Part shown: one piece after another, positions 1 through 11,666 of the stretch
Layout: each line of letters opens with the position of its first letter
How positions within the stretch are numbered: the stretch's first letter is position 1
NCBI GenBank assembly: GCA_010909165.1
Contig: MU008196.1
Location: 1 to 64,000 of the forward strand
Source of the DNA: Anthoceros angustus
Taxonomy: Eukaryota; Plantae; Anthocerotophyta
Length of the DNA stretch: 64,000 nt
Direction: 5' to 3'
Translations under genes and position numbers: made by a program
Notes under the pieces: model-generated
Told to the model about the DNA's origin: nothing
The model's input: the letters and a program-made list of their open reading frames with translations, nothing else
The model's database searches: none

Positions 1-2020
1 GGACGAAATCGGGTGTGGACTGGTCCCCGGCGCCCGTGATAGGCTCCTCACGAAGGCGTGACCGCAATTGTGTTGTGTCGCTGTAGGTCGAGGATTGCGA
101 TTTTTCAAGCAAAGGCAAGTGGTGCACTGAAGAGGGAGAGTAGAGGCGCCTTGCTTGTTTAGAAGGCAGAAGTGTGTCACAGTAGTAGCGACGGCATCAC
201 AAGGCCTCAACTTTCACACAAGTCTCATGGGACGAAACCCAACGACGGGTTTGGCTGTGGGATAAGGTGGCCGCCATAGTGGAGTGACCCTGAGTGCCCG
301 GGTTTTCCCTACCTGGTGGGTGAGGTGCCTCCCTGGTAGGCACAAAGCGAGATGGTGGGGACTCCCCACCTTGGGTCACACCTCCCGTGGTAGTCCTCCT
401 CTCATAGACTACCATTCGGCCTTCCTCGGTTGCTCCTCTCCCTCTCTTGCTTTGGGGGAAAAGATTCCCCAACTGTTGCTTCCACATCTTCCATCCTTGC
501 TCTCGATGGCTGGAGGTCGACCTCGCTCCGATAATGCAAAAGGCAAGGCCTTTCCAAGCACTGGAGATGACCTCCAGGGATGCCAAGCATCTTCCAACTC
601 TTGCTTGTGAGAAGTCCCTGCTTTCCACAAATGCACCAAATAGGTGCTAAGAGGTGCAGGCCCTTCCTCATCCACCAGGCTTGAGGAGCTTCTCCGGTGG
701 ATGTACGCTTCATACATAATGGTTCCCCAACCGGCTTGGCTCATGGAAATCTTCCACAAAATTGGAGGAAGTTGGTGCTGAAATAAGACGTCCGGTAATT
801 TACCAACCCCAACACAATCTTCGAAGAGCCTCCACTTCAGCCTCCTTGATGCTCTTCGCCCAGCCATTCTTGGCGTGGCCTTTACTCCTCCATCCATCAT
901 GTCAAGGAATTCTATCATGAGAGGGCTGTCCTCTTCCTCCATTCGACCTTTCGAGGAGAGCAATTGAGCTCCTCCTCCGCCTTCCATACACTGTCGAATA
1001 CTTGACGTCCAGCAGCGGATCCCGAGCATTCCTCCCATTAGTGCGGGCAAGCCCGATTGATGGAGGTTGATGTAACACTCCTCAATCAATTCCTGTAGGC
1101 CCATTGGCCATACACCCATCCCAGTGGATGTTTTCCTCCTCCGCCCATTGCCGAAATCAACCAAATCCGGGTTGCTGCCCAAAGAAGCAAGTGAATTGAG
1201 GCATCTCGACCACCCCCTCCCGGTGGCGCAGCTCCGCCTTCTTCCTTTCCTCCGAGGAAGAGCCCAAGCGGCTCCTTCCTGCCTTTCCCAGCTCGAGGCA
1301 TGGTGGCGTTCTTCTCCTTGCTTACAAGGAAATTACTCTCCAATTTGAGAGCTTCAAAATTCCACACCTCAGCGCACCTCTTCCTTGTTGTGGCAACACG
1401 CTCCCCCTGCAGCACACGTTAGCCCTGGCTTGAATTTTCCAGCTGCTGCTAACCTCCTCTCCGTGGTCCTTCCTCCAGGGCAGAGCGCCGCCACCGATTT
1501 TTTCACAACGCCCTTCCTGCTTTCAATTCCACAGCCACAGCACCTCAAGTGCTCCGCTTGGCTCGCCCGCACTTCCTCTTCCGGTCTCGGGCGTGGAGAG
1601 CTCCTTTTCGCTTGCGGTATTCTTCCTTCCACGGCCTCGCTTACCGTTAGTCCGGTTCTTCCTCGATGGAGCGCCTCCGCCTCGCTCCTTGCTCGGCGAT
1701 GGAAGCTGTGATGGTAGCCTTCCTTCCTTGCGTCTTACGCCCAACTCCAGCTCGTTCTAGCTCTTGAAGTGGAGGCTAAAACCCGCACTTTGCCCCTTTG
1801 GATGTCTCACACCTGGGCACAACCCTAGATTGGGTTCATCATTCCAAAATCCTAATTCTATCTAAACTACCTATTTTCCTATCTCACGCTCAATTAATTA
1901 ATCTTGCTAATCATTTGATATATTTATTCCCTATCGCATGAGCATGGATATCCCCATTCTAAATTCCCTTTTTAGCCGAGATTCACCCATTGCGGGTAGT
2001 CGCACCATCATGTAGATGCC
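1..2020 (-). mobile_element. Gypsy family A 3' LTR (long, GC-rich, ORF-bearing), left end not defined
   Basis: Begins just after a purine tract (minus GGTAGGGTGAG, ~2020-2032) downstream of the integrase C-terminus. 1845-2010 recurs at 10050-10220 in the same context. Confidence 0.5.
409..1182 (-). pseudogene. LTR-embedded accessory ORF remnant (plant retroelement-associated domain)
   Basis: 257-aa ORF containing AGWGTIMYEAY...GPAPLSTYLVHLWKA, which aligns by eye with IDWGRMIFER...PSLISPFLIHVF in ORF 55259-55570. Confidence 0.5.
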
Positions 2021-2029
2021 TACTCACCC

Positions 2030-2753
2030 TACCGGAGTGTGTGTAGCTCACTTGCCAGTCTCACAGCCCTACCAACCTTTGACTTTTCCTTGTCGTTTAC
2101 CGTTCTTCTTTCTCAGGATATCCTCTCGCTTCCTAACAATATTTACAACTCCATTTCAAGATTCTGAAATTTTCCGCATGCTCCTCTTCAATCGCTTCTT
2201 AGCCAAAAAAATCAAACTTCGTTCTTTGGCTCTTTGAATGGTTGCCCAAACTTTCGTTCCACATACTCCCCACCTCACCGCTTGCGTCGCAAACAACTTT
2301 GGTCGAGGTACTTTTGACTTTCCACCCGCTCACTCTAGGGCAATACTTCCAGCATGAGTTGCACAGATCCATTTCGTACATCTGCGACTACCTCGTAAGG
2401 TCCCATCCATCTTAGCCTAAGCTTCCTGGAAAGTCTAGGTACCGACTATCATATAGAAGAACCAAATCCCGCCCACGATAGCCTCCTGCTTCCTCAACCT
2501 CCCATCATGCCTGCTTCCGGGTTCCACAGATGAGTTTCCTCTAAAGCATCCTCCTCGTTCCTCCTTCTATGAAGCATTCTAGTCTAGCTACGGCTACTTC
2601 TTCTGGTCATGCGTTCATCCTCCATGATCCTCGTAGGTACTTCAAATTCCACGCATCACAGTGCCATGCCATCGTTAGATAATAAGGGTCTTCTTGGTGG
2701 TTACCTTCTCCGTCTTGTAAGCCCACGTCTGCAACAGCATCCCAATCATCGTA
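2030..2753 (-). pseudogene. pol: Gypsy (Athila/Tat-like) integrase C-terminus and 3' UTR, interrupted at ~2753
   Basis: Minus-strand translation LLYDSRYLDFPG-L-LRWMGPYEVV (GPY/F module, ~2350-2460) and DDWDA at ~2735-2750. Confidence 0.8.
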
Positions 2754-3238
2754 AAGTCGCGGCCTCAGGCCTTGATTAGTTTTCGGGGTAGTGCGTGAAT
2801 TTTAGAGAGAATCGGCCTTTTGGCCATTATTTTACCAGATAGTAAAATTCATTACACTATAGTAGAAAACATGCCAAGTGGGGTGGATATGATCTACCAT
2901 CAAGGTGGAAAAGCGAGCACTAGAGTAGAAAACATGACGACCAAGTGAATACCGGGTCTAGAAGCTCATTCTAGAAATCCCACCAAAATCGCTAATCACA
3001 AAAACATTTTACATTAAATAATATTCATGCGGATCCGGGATATACAAAAACCAACAAAGAACCCTTTTCTTTGCGAGTTTCCTGTATATCCGTATGAAAT
3101 AATTCAACTAATGAAGAGTAAATACCATTATAGAGTGAACTCGCTTCAACAAAACCTACAAACAAAACCAAAATTAGCACCCAAACCGTAATTACGTGCT
3201 ACTAGTAAACACTAAAAATAAAAACATTGATACTCACC

Positions 3239-6200
3239 TTATTTTGGGAAATTCTTGTACAATTATACTGATTGAAAATGTAATTTTCACGACCACTTGG
3301 CTTGATTGGTACTTATACGCATTATCATAATTGGCAACCAATTGATGAAGGCGAGGACTTGGAAATTGACCTTCTTAGGTCACAACCTAAAACAACACAA
3401 CCATTAATTTTCAATCTAGTAGATTAATAAAAAGCATAAAGCTTACCGATCGGATTTTCGCGAGATAGCGATTGAAATATCTCGAGGCACATCCTTACGC
3501 TCTGTTGTCTTTCCACGTAATCTCCGAACCTCTTGCTCTTCTGCTGCTTGATTTCTCTTGATGCTTAATATGCTCTTGTCTCCTCTCCATTCTCACTCTG
3601 AATCTCAAGGGCTTTCTCTCTTTGCTTAGAGACTCGTAATTCAAGCCCTTTTCTCTGTCTCTCTATAAGTGCCTCCAAATCCTTTTGAAACTCCATTTCT
3701 GTTTCAATTTGTCATTCTCCAATTCCCGTTCTCGGAGATCTGCAAGCTGCTCAAAGCCACTTACATTTCCATTTGCGATCCAGTGCAATATATCAGAGGT
3801 GCTACCACCACATTCTGGTTAACGGATGACGATCACACTCACTGCACAATGCCCTCCAAGAGGGCCACGCATCAACTTCCCTCGTGTATCAATGTTGAAA
3901 TGAGGACGATGGCACTTACACTAGTCGAAGGATCACAATGCCAAGAACACAATCGAAACTCCAAAATGAATGAAAACAACAAACAAGCGACAAAGAATCA
4001 ACCTTGTCAACATATGGAATTTAGTAGAACACCCATCGTTGGTGCTAGTATCCATCTGGATGCCTTGTAGCTTTCAAGGTGCGCCGGTAAAAAAAAACCG
4101 GTATGATTAAAAAACTAACATGGCGGGACTACAACAAAGCAACTTCACAATACCAACGAACTTCAAGATGGACCACATGGTGCGGAAAAACTCGATTCGG
4201 TCCCAACATTGTTCGAGTCCTTTCATGATGAATAACGAGGTGGCCACGGGAGGAAAGACCCAAATCGAAACAAGTCGGGACACGAGTTTGACACAAGTCC
4301 CTACATACTTGATACAAATCTCAAACACTTACATTACTAACGTGTTGCACAAGGGGCCGATCTTGGTGACTCGAAAATACTATTTCAGGAGTTACATTCA
4401 ACACTGTTGACGGAAGAACACCCCTTAAATCATCCTGCATCCGATTGAGTTCTTCATTTAAAAGCTCCTGATAAGATCGTCGTTCACCGGGAACAAGAAC
4501 TCTTGCAGCAGCTGCCTGTTTTGCTTGACCAGAACGGTCATATCTGCAAAACATATGAGAACGTTAGGAACGAGCATACAAAGACTCAAATGTCACAAGC
4601 TTTCACAACATATTACCTTGAAAATCCAGCATCCGTTTATGGCGGTCACTTCTCCCGGAGGGCACAGGCCATCGTCAAGCGTGTAATCATCGTTACAGCT
4701 CTTATTGGTGTAGTAGCCAACAAGCCCAGTTGACCATGGTCTTCATAAATCTTGTGACATTCCTTTTGAAACACGAAGTTTTGCATACCAAGCCGAACAA
4801 AAACAAGCGTTAGTAAATAGAAACCACAAAACTCAAGCCCAATAAACCAAAAACTTACATTGATCTTGGGTTATCAATGGTTGAATTGAAGAAAACAATT
4901 GACAAATTCTTGTCATGTGCGAGACCACTTGGGAGAGTGATCAATATGACTTTAAAGGTTTCGATGGCGTCCTTTAGATCTTGACCTTTTGCGGAAATGC
5001 TCACTCGGTAGTTCTTCATATCCACTTTGTAATTTTTGAATCGTTCTTCATACACAAAATGAAGCGAGCTCATCTGATACATCAAAACATCAAACAAACA
5101 GTAAAACAAAAAGACTACACCTACTGAACAAAAGGTCCGCCTGAATCTGATGCAAATGAGAAGTCCCTAATGAGCAGGTTATGTAACTCTTCACCACCTC
5201 GAACCCCAAACCTGGTCATGCAAAAATATGCACACCTGCAAACAATATAAGCATAAGGGCTCCAGGTTTAAGAGACCATAAATGAACAATCAAAGTGCAC
5301 CCCCAAAACCAACAATATTACCTTTTCCCAAATGAGCATTGATGATCTACGTGTGAAAGAATCGGTCGCTCATCATCGAAATCAACTTCACCTCTTTTCG
5401 ACATGACACAATCCCAAGGTCCTTGCGATTTTCATGGGCAACCACTGCACAGGACCCATGGAAAATTCCATGAAACAAGTTGATCAGAACATCGAACCAA
5501 GCGGCTTTGGTTCAGATGCACTGTTAAAATCCGGTTAAACCCACGAAGAAAGACATCACTGCACAAGTGAAGATCGTCGGTCATGTGAAAGGAAAGTCGA
5601 ACTATCAAAATCAACAAGTAAGAAAACATCACTACTTACGTTTACGGAGAAAATCTGTTGTCCTTGATTCGAACTTGATGGAAAAAGGTATCGAATAAGA
5701 TTTAGATCCTTGTAAGGAATATCCTCAACAGATCCCATCCCCACACTCACTTTCATAAAGGCCGAGGCGACTTGACACGGTTATTACGCGTTTGACCTAT
5801 CCTCCCCACCACTCAAAGCATCATTCACAGCTCCCTCGGGGTGGGGTCAAATCGCTCTCAAAATTTCTTCATCATCAATTTCCTCCATACCCATGGCAAA
5901 GTCATCTTGGGACCGGCACTTTAGCCTCTCAAACATATCGAGCACTTCTTGATCGGGGATGACTCGGTCGGGAACCACAGGCATGGAAAAGCGCGCCTGT
6001 AAGCATCTGTTCACAGCACACAAATCTCTAGACTCTAGAGAGGCTTTGGCATCACAACCATGGGATCGTCGGTTATCAAGAAATCATTCTCCCCAGCTGG
6101 ACCCCTCTCGACAATGGGACATAGTTAGTAATCTCGCAGAGGACCTTCAACCACAGTCGGTGTCACCCTTCTCCTCTTTACACAAACTCACCGCATCGAG

Positions 6201-6424
6201 CATCCTTCTTGGATGAGAAGTGCCTTGGCGGTTTAGGAATGCCTTTTTGGAACTAAATATGTTCCTTCACCAAGACACCATCAACTTTACCATCATCCTG
6301 CGTGGATGAGTTGCGATGTGGAAACGGTGACTTGACACGTTGTCTAGTGTACGCTTATGACTTGACCGGGGACCCTTGCTTCTTTCCCGGTCCAAGGCCC
6401 GGTGGGTTTCCTTTTAGGTGCCAT
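3239..6424 (-). pseudogene. Multi-exon Crypton/DUF3504-type tyrosine recombinase, copy 1 (frameshifted as assembled)
   Basis: ATG 6424 (MAPKRKP). GT-AG introns at 5639-5559, 5321-5236 and 4616-4544, among others. Exons give EDIPYKDLNL-RYLF-QVRIKD, CAYFCMTRFGVRGGEELHNLLIRDFSF (Arg codon 5199-5201), VYEERFKNY, WYAKLRVSK, GLVGYYTNKS, (TG)H and R|YDRS (Tyr codon 4540-4542). TAA at 3239-3241. Confidence 0.85.
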
Positions 6425-7569
6425 CGCAAGCCAGACATTAGAGTGGACAAGGAACACAACATCCTAAAGAACAAACAAAACCACAACAAAAACACACTTA
6501 CGTGGTGTTGAACTTCAAATACGAACTTCTGTGAAGGGTCTAACAGATGATTATAAAACAATTTAAGGCGAAGGGGGTGTGGGGATAGCACAGAACATTC
6601 ATTGAATCTACACATTGTCAAATTAGATCCCTCCACTTTATGTTAGTGAGCAAACTCCTTTCCCAAAAGTACCCACATACTGCCTGTAATTAGACCCTTT
6701 TGCCGAATAATATCAAAAACAAACAAAAATGTTAGGCGGTGCACAACATGAAAGCATACTAGGAGATTCAATGGACCGTCAGGCGAAGGTTATCACGATT
6801 CACGCAGACGGACCAGTCGAGCGTTGGAGCCAACCCTTCACACGATAGCAGCAATGCCTACACACACAATTTGATGGATTAGATAACTTAAAAGTGGTAG
6901 CAAAGCAAACTTGACAAGACGAAGGCATATGCACAACATATCAAAAACCGATCATCAGGTCTAAACGTAAAGTTGACATACCAGATCAAGGGTTACACCA
7001 TGGACAAATTTCCTCCCGACAAAGCTTGTCTGCACCAAAACAAAACAAATAAGAACAAGAATGCACGCTTTGCAGGCTTAAAACAGACAAACGATACAGA
7101 AGCATTACGGGCTGTGATGCAAAGGATGATAAATGTAAAATACAAGACAAATGAAAACTGCTGTAACAGTTCAGACACCCTGTTTACCAACACTGTCTTC
7201 CGACTAGAAAATCTTGAAATTACTTCCTGCGTCAAACGAACAAAAGACAATGAAAAACTAATACAAGCTACTGAAGAGAATCTAACTGACAGCATTTTTC
7301 AAAAGCAGCATCTTCATAAAGACAGAGTACTAAACAAAGTTCATTGGCGTACCAAACAAAATCCCGAAATATGTCCGCCACATAGACCGAAACATGACTG
7401 CATCAAAAACAGCGAGAAGGTAAGAACACACGAGGAAAGCAAACCACATCCGGGAAAAATACACTTTGACCTTAGTCACAAACACATATTAAGACGTGAA
7501 AACAAAAACACAAAGAATTACGATGGCGAAGCAAATCAAGTCGGACTAAGTGAGAGAAAAAATAGGCGT

Positions 7570-8330
7570 GACAAAACAAAACCAAGCCATGGAACCAGAC
7601 GGCATCAAGCGAGAGACAAAAAGTCACTTCAAACAAAACGAACAAGTTATAGCAGCGTTTACAGAAGGTGAAAACAAGCAGTGAAGGTGAAAGAATCGCA
7701 CATGAAACAGACCTAAACAAAACTTAGCTTGGAAGTAACAACAGAAGCCCGAACCTCTCAGACAAAGACAGATACTGCTGGTCGATTTCAAAAAAAACGA
7801 ACAGACACAATCGACGATGGCGTCAACAGCAAACAAGTCAACAAGAGAGTACAGCAAACGAAATCAGCAAGAACCAAGCTTATACAGAAAGTTAAAGTTT
7901 AAAACGACACACATAACAGAACGTCACAGCAACAAAAACAAGAACACACAGAGGTCATCGAGACACAGACAAGAAAACAAGCAGAGATGCAAACTGATAC
8001 CAAGCCATGACCACACGACAACAAGCGAACAGATAAAAGGTCACTTCCAACAATCAAACAGAAACGACCGTTAAGAGAAGGTCAAAAAAGAACGCAAGAA
8101 TCACTCATGGAATAGACATGACAACCTTCAACTAGATGCAACAATAGAATGAAGGCTCAAAAACGCAGACAGATACTGCTTGTCGTTTTCACAAAAACGA
8201 AGCAGACTCCATCGACGCTAGCATCAACAGCAAACAAAATAAACAAAGACAACCTACAGCAACCAGAAATCAGCTAGCAACGGAGCTATCGGCGAACGTA
8301 AACCAAATACCATCATAGCAAAGTAGTCAT
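7570..8330. repeat. Degenerate ~410 bp tandem repeat in the A/C-rich leader
   Basis: ACAGATACTGCT-GTCG...ATCGACG...CAACAGCAAACAA at ~7768 and ~8169. CCAAGCCATG...GTCACTTC at ~7581 and ~7999. Confidence 0.6.
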
Positions 8331-8659
8331 TCCCTATGATTTAGGAATCGCGCACAGCAAAAAACAACATCGGAAGCAGACGAGATCAGAAAAAAGCCGC
8401 GATACAAAAAGCCACCGGTAAACAGGAGGTAGAAAAACACTTAAACCGAACAGACAGAACAAAAACCGCACCGACCATACACCGGAGCGCCAGAACACCA
8501 CCGGCGTAGCAAAACAACACCAAAACCGCACAAAACAACAAAAGAAAGAAACAATAGACGAGAAACAACAGAAAATAACGTAAGCGCAAATGGACAGCGA
8601 CTTCAAAGAAGACAGAGGGCCTTAACCTTTAAACGACAGAAACCTCAGCCTCCGGTGCC

Positions 8660-8950
8660 AATCAACCTTGGCCTTCGGACTAAGCAACAAGCTTAACCTG
8701 ACGGGCAAGGACACCGTGACCTTCGGACCAGGCAAACCCTTGGCCTTCGAAAGAACCAACAGACCAGCAACACCTTGGCCTTCGAAACAATCTATACAGA
8801 GACCTTGGCCTTTGAACGAAGGCTGGAAAGGCCTTAGCCTTTCGAAAGGACCTGAAAAACGCATTGGCCTGAAAACTTAAACCAAAGCCTAGAAGCCTAG
8901 AACACCTTGGCCTTCAAAGAAGGCTACAAAGCCTAAGCCTTGGACCGAGC
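8660..8950. repeat. Cluster of ~9 CCTTGGCCTTCG-like motifs at ~30 bp spacing
   Basis: Copies near 8666, 8718, 8738, 8773, 8804, 8831, 8863, 8904 and 8938. Confidence 0.75.
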
Positions 8951-9167
8951 CAAATCACTTTGGCTGCGAAACTAGAACTAGACAACTCATGGACTTGAGC
9001 AAGCACGGAAGCATGCACAAGGCATAGGCCATGGCCCTCACAACACCGGACACGGGCCTTGAAGCAGAGGAGGAAGACCTTTGAGACTAAAGGCGAACAA
9101 GCCGAGGCCCGGACGGGCCACCTCGGCCTCACAGGAATGCAAAAGACCTCCCGCTTTGGAGAAGCCA

Positions 9168-9189
9168 TTTATATATAGGCAAACCCTAA
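9168..9189 (-). promoter_or_regulatory. Candidate TATA box plus telobox for recombinase copy 1
   Basis: Minus-strand CCTATATATAAA (9168-9179) next to AAACCCTAA (9181-9189). The same arrangement occurs at 17276-17299 in copy 2. Confidence 0.5.
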
Positions 9190-9467
9190 ACACTCTCCCT
9201 CGGCGCGCGTTCTCTCTCTACCAAAGCTGATTTGAATTAAAACCTAAGATTAGGGGATTCCAAACCCTCGTACGTGGGTTCGCCATTCACGCCAGCCTGT
9301 TCAACCAAACCTAGGTTCTTGATTCCAAACCTAGCCTAACCGCACCAAACCTAATCTCCGAACCCCGATGCGTGAATAACTGAACCTACTGTTCAACCAC
9401 GGTGCCACGCACGACCTCGAACCATCTAGAAGTTTCGTTTCGGTATAGCGGCAACATGGCGCTTCTT

Positions 9468-10225
9468 TCGATGGGCAGGCGCGCACAATCATGTCGTTGT
9501 AGTATGGAGTCCGTTCCCAAGAGAATGATAGCTCCGTTTGCAGCGATTCTCACCTTTCTTGGTCCACTTCACCGCACTCAATCTTCGTTTACCACTATTT
9601 ATAACGTTCACGAGCACGCGGACGCCTGCGGGATGTGGCGCGGCGGAAATAAGTCGCTAGGGTTTGGGTGGGACCCACCTCGGTGTCAAGCAACTACCCT
9701 AGTGAGAGCCACCGCCGTGGAATAAGATTTGCGGTCGTGGAATAAGAGCCGTGGTAGTTAGACAAGTCGGGGTAGTAGTGGTGAGTAGATAGGTAAGAGG
9801 AGTAGCAGTAAGTCTTGACTTAGGTGAAGGTCAAGAGATAGAAGTTAGGCCTCTTGGCACAAACCATTCCCTTGGGAGCGAATCCTAAGCCTACAACGAC
9901 ATTGAGGGCGAATGTGGACCTCACTGTCCCCGGACACAACCACACTCCACACCAGCCCAAATTTAGCTCTTGCAAGCCGCGCAAACCGCACTTTAGCCCT
10001 CCTTGGATACCGCCACCGAGGCAGGCAACCCTAATGGATCATTCCAAAATCCTAATCCTATCTAAATGCCTATTTTCCTATGCCCGCATCCCTAATTAAT
10101 CGCCTAATTACTCTATACATTTATTCCCACAGGGCATATATAGTGGATATCCTATTCTAATTTCCTGAGATCGCTACAAGTGGTAGTCTGCTACCCCGTG
10201 GTAGTCCGCTCGCCACCATCGTGTG
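9468..10225. mobile_element. Nested Gypsy LTR fragments: family C LTR end (~9468-9700), family B-like LTR end (~9700-9950), family A LTR start (~9950-10225)
   Basis: GCGCGCACAATC..GTCGTTGTAGT matches 53970-54005 and the reverse complement of 32345-32375. ACCATTCCCTTGGG..GTGGACCTC matches 34711-34769. 10050-10220 matches 1845-2010. Confidence 0.6.
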
Positions 10226-10229
10226 GCAG

Positions 10230-11177
10230 CCTCACGGCAGGCCACCACCTCGGGCCTTCCCCGCCCAGCCTTAGGGTCATTTTGACCCGCTTTACCCCTG
10301 GGATATCCTCTCACCTATCAATATCCTACAACCTGGCTCCAAGCAAATTCTCAACATGTCCCTCTTCAATCGTTTTCATAAAAAATTAAATTAGCTCATC
10401 CTCTCTGGCTCTTTTGGACGTTGCCCAAACTTTCAGTCCATTCTCCTCTCACCGCTTAAGGCCCTGCAAACAACATGTATCTCGGGTTGAAGGTACTTTA
10501 ACCTTCCACCCATTCACCGTGGTCGGGCGAGTATCTAATACTCGAGTTGCAGGATCCATTCTCGACACCGCCACCACCGTAAGGTCCCATCCATCTCACC
10601 TAAGCTTCTGGAAGTCCAGTACCGACTATCAGAGAAGAACTAAATCGGCTGATAGCCTCCCCTCGCCTTACCTTCCATCGTGGCCTTTTCCGAGTTCTTG
10701 AATGGCCGAGTCTCCTCTAAGCATCTTCCAAGGCTCTTCCCCGCCTATGAAGATTCTAACCTAGCTATCGCTATCCCCACAACATCGCGTCTCCTCCATG
10801 ATCCCGTAGGTAGGTACTAAATTCCACAGCATCACATGGACATGCCATACGATAATAAGGGTCTTCGGTCATTTTAAGGTCCCGAAGCCCATGGTGTCAG
10901 ATGCAATTTAGCATCCCAATCATACATGCTCATGATTACCTTGGTGAGGATTGTGCATAGCAACGTGCCTTCTCCCACAATCCGTGCCTTGGGGTTGTGT
11001 CGTCATGGCGGATATTGAAGTAGGTGGTTAGGACTCAACGAGAGTTGAGGAAATCGCCCCCGTCACGACCAACTCTAAAGGACACCCATACCGTTATGAT
11101 GTTCTCGAACTTCGCCATCGCGGCGCGGCCGTCCTTCTTGTTGCTTCTCAACCCACCATTGGTGCTAACAATCCGTA
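10230..11177 (-). pseudogene. pol: Second Gypsy family A integrase fragment (core end plus GPY/F), interrupted at 11177
   Basis: 10936-11177 is colinear with integrase 25339-25610. 10230-10920 is colinear with 2030-2750. Confidence 0.8.
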
Positions 11178-11666
11178 AAGTCGCGCCTGCGTCTGGGCCT
11201 CGACGCTGGTTTTTTCGCAGCAGTGAATTTTTAGAGAGAATCGCCTTTGGCCATTATTTTACACAAGATAGTAAAATTCATTACAATATAGTAGAAAACA
11301 TGCCAAGTGGGGTGAATATGATCTACCATCAAGGTGGAAAACAGAGCACTAGAGTAGAAAACATGACGACCAAGTGAATACCAAAGGCCTAGTAGAAGCT
11401 CATTCTAGAATCCCACCAAAATCGCTAATCAAAAACATTTGTTAAATAATATTCATGCGATCCGTGGATATACAAAACCAACAAAGAACCCTTTTCTTTG
11501 CGAGTTTCCTGATATCCGTAATTGCATGAAAAATTCAACTAATGAAGAGTAAATGATAGAGTGAACTCGCTTCAACAAGAAACCTACAAACAAAACCAAA
11601 ATTAGCACCCAAACCGTAATTACGCTGCTACTAGTAAACACTAAAATAAAAACATTGATACTCACC

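Larger units (their letters stand above)
2754..9467 (-). mobile_element. Crypton-like tyrosine-recombinase element, copy 1 (right part missing)
   Basis: Starts abruptly in the Gypsy integrase at CGTA|AAGTCGC, the same start as copy 2. Homologous to 11178-17520. Ends where a Gypsy LTR fragment starts (~9468). Confidence 0.75.

Noticed and set aside
4855-5109. Possible plant-virus movement or coat protein ORF
   Set aside because: Explained as an intron plus the EERF-KNY exon of the recombinase. No caulimoviral motifs were seen.
6973-8606. Many K/N/T/Q-rich (+) and F/C/L/V-rich (-) ORFs, also at 15362-17100 and 19633-21370
   Set aside because: By-products of extreme A/C strand bias, which depletes stop codons. 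No domain signal and not conserved between the two leaders.
11453-11665. Hydrophobic ORF resembling an env-like transmembrane anchor
   Set aside because: It starts just after the recombinase stop codon, within the GTGAGT...TTTGTAG 3' UTR intron. The hydrophobicity comes from T-rich intron sequence.
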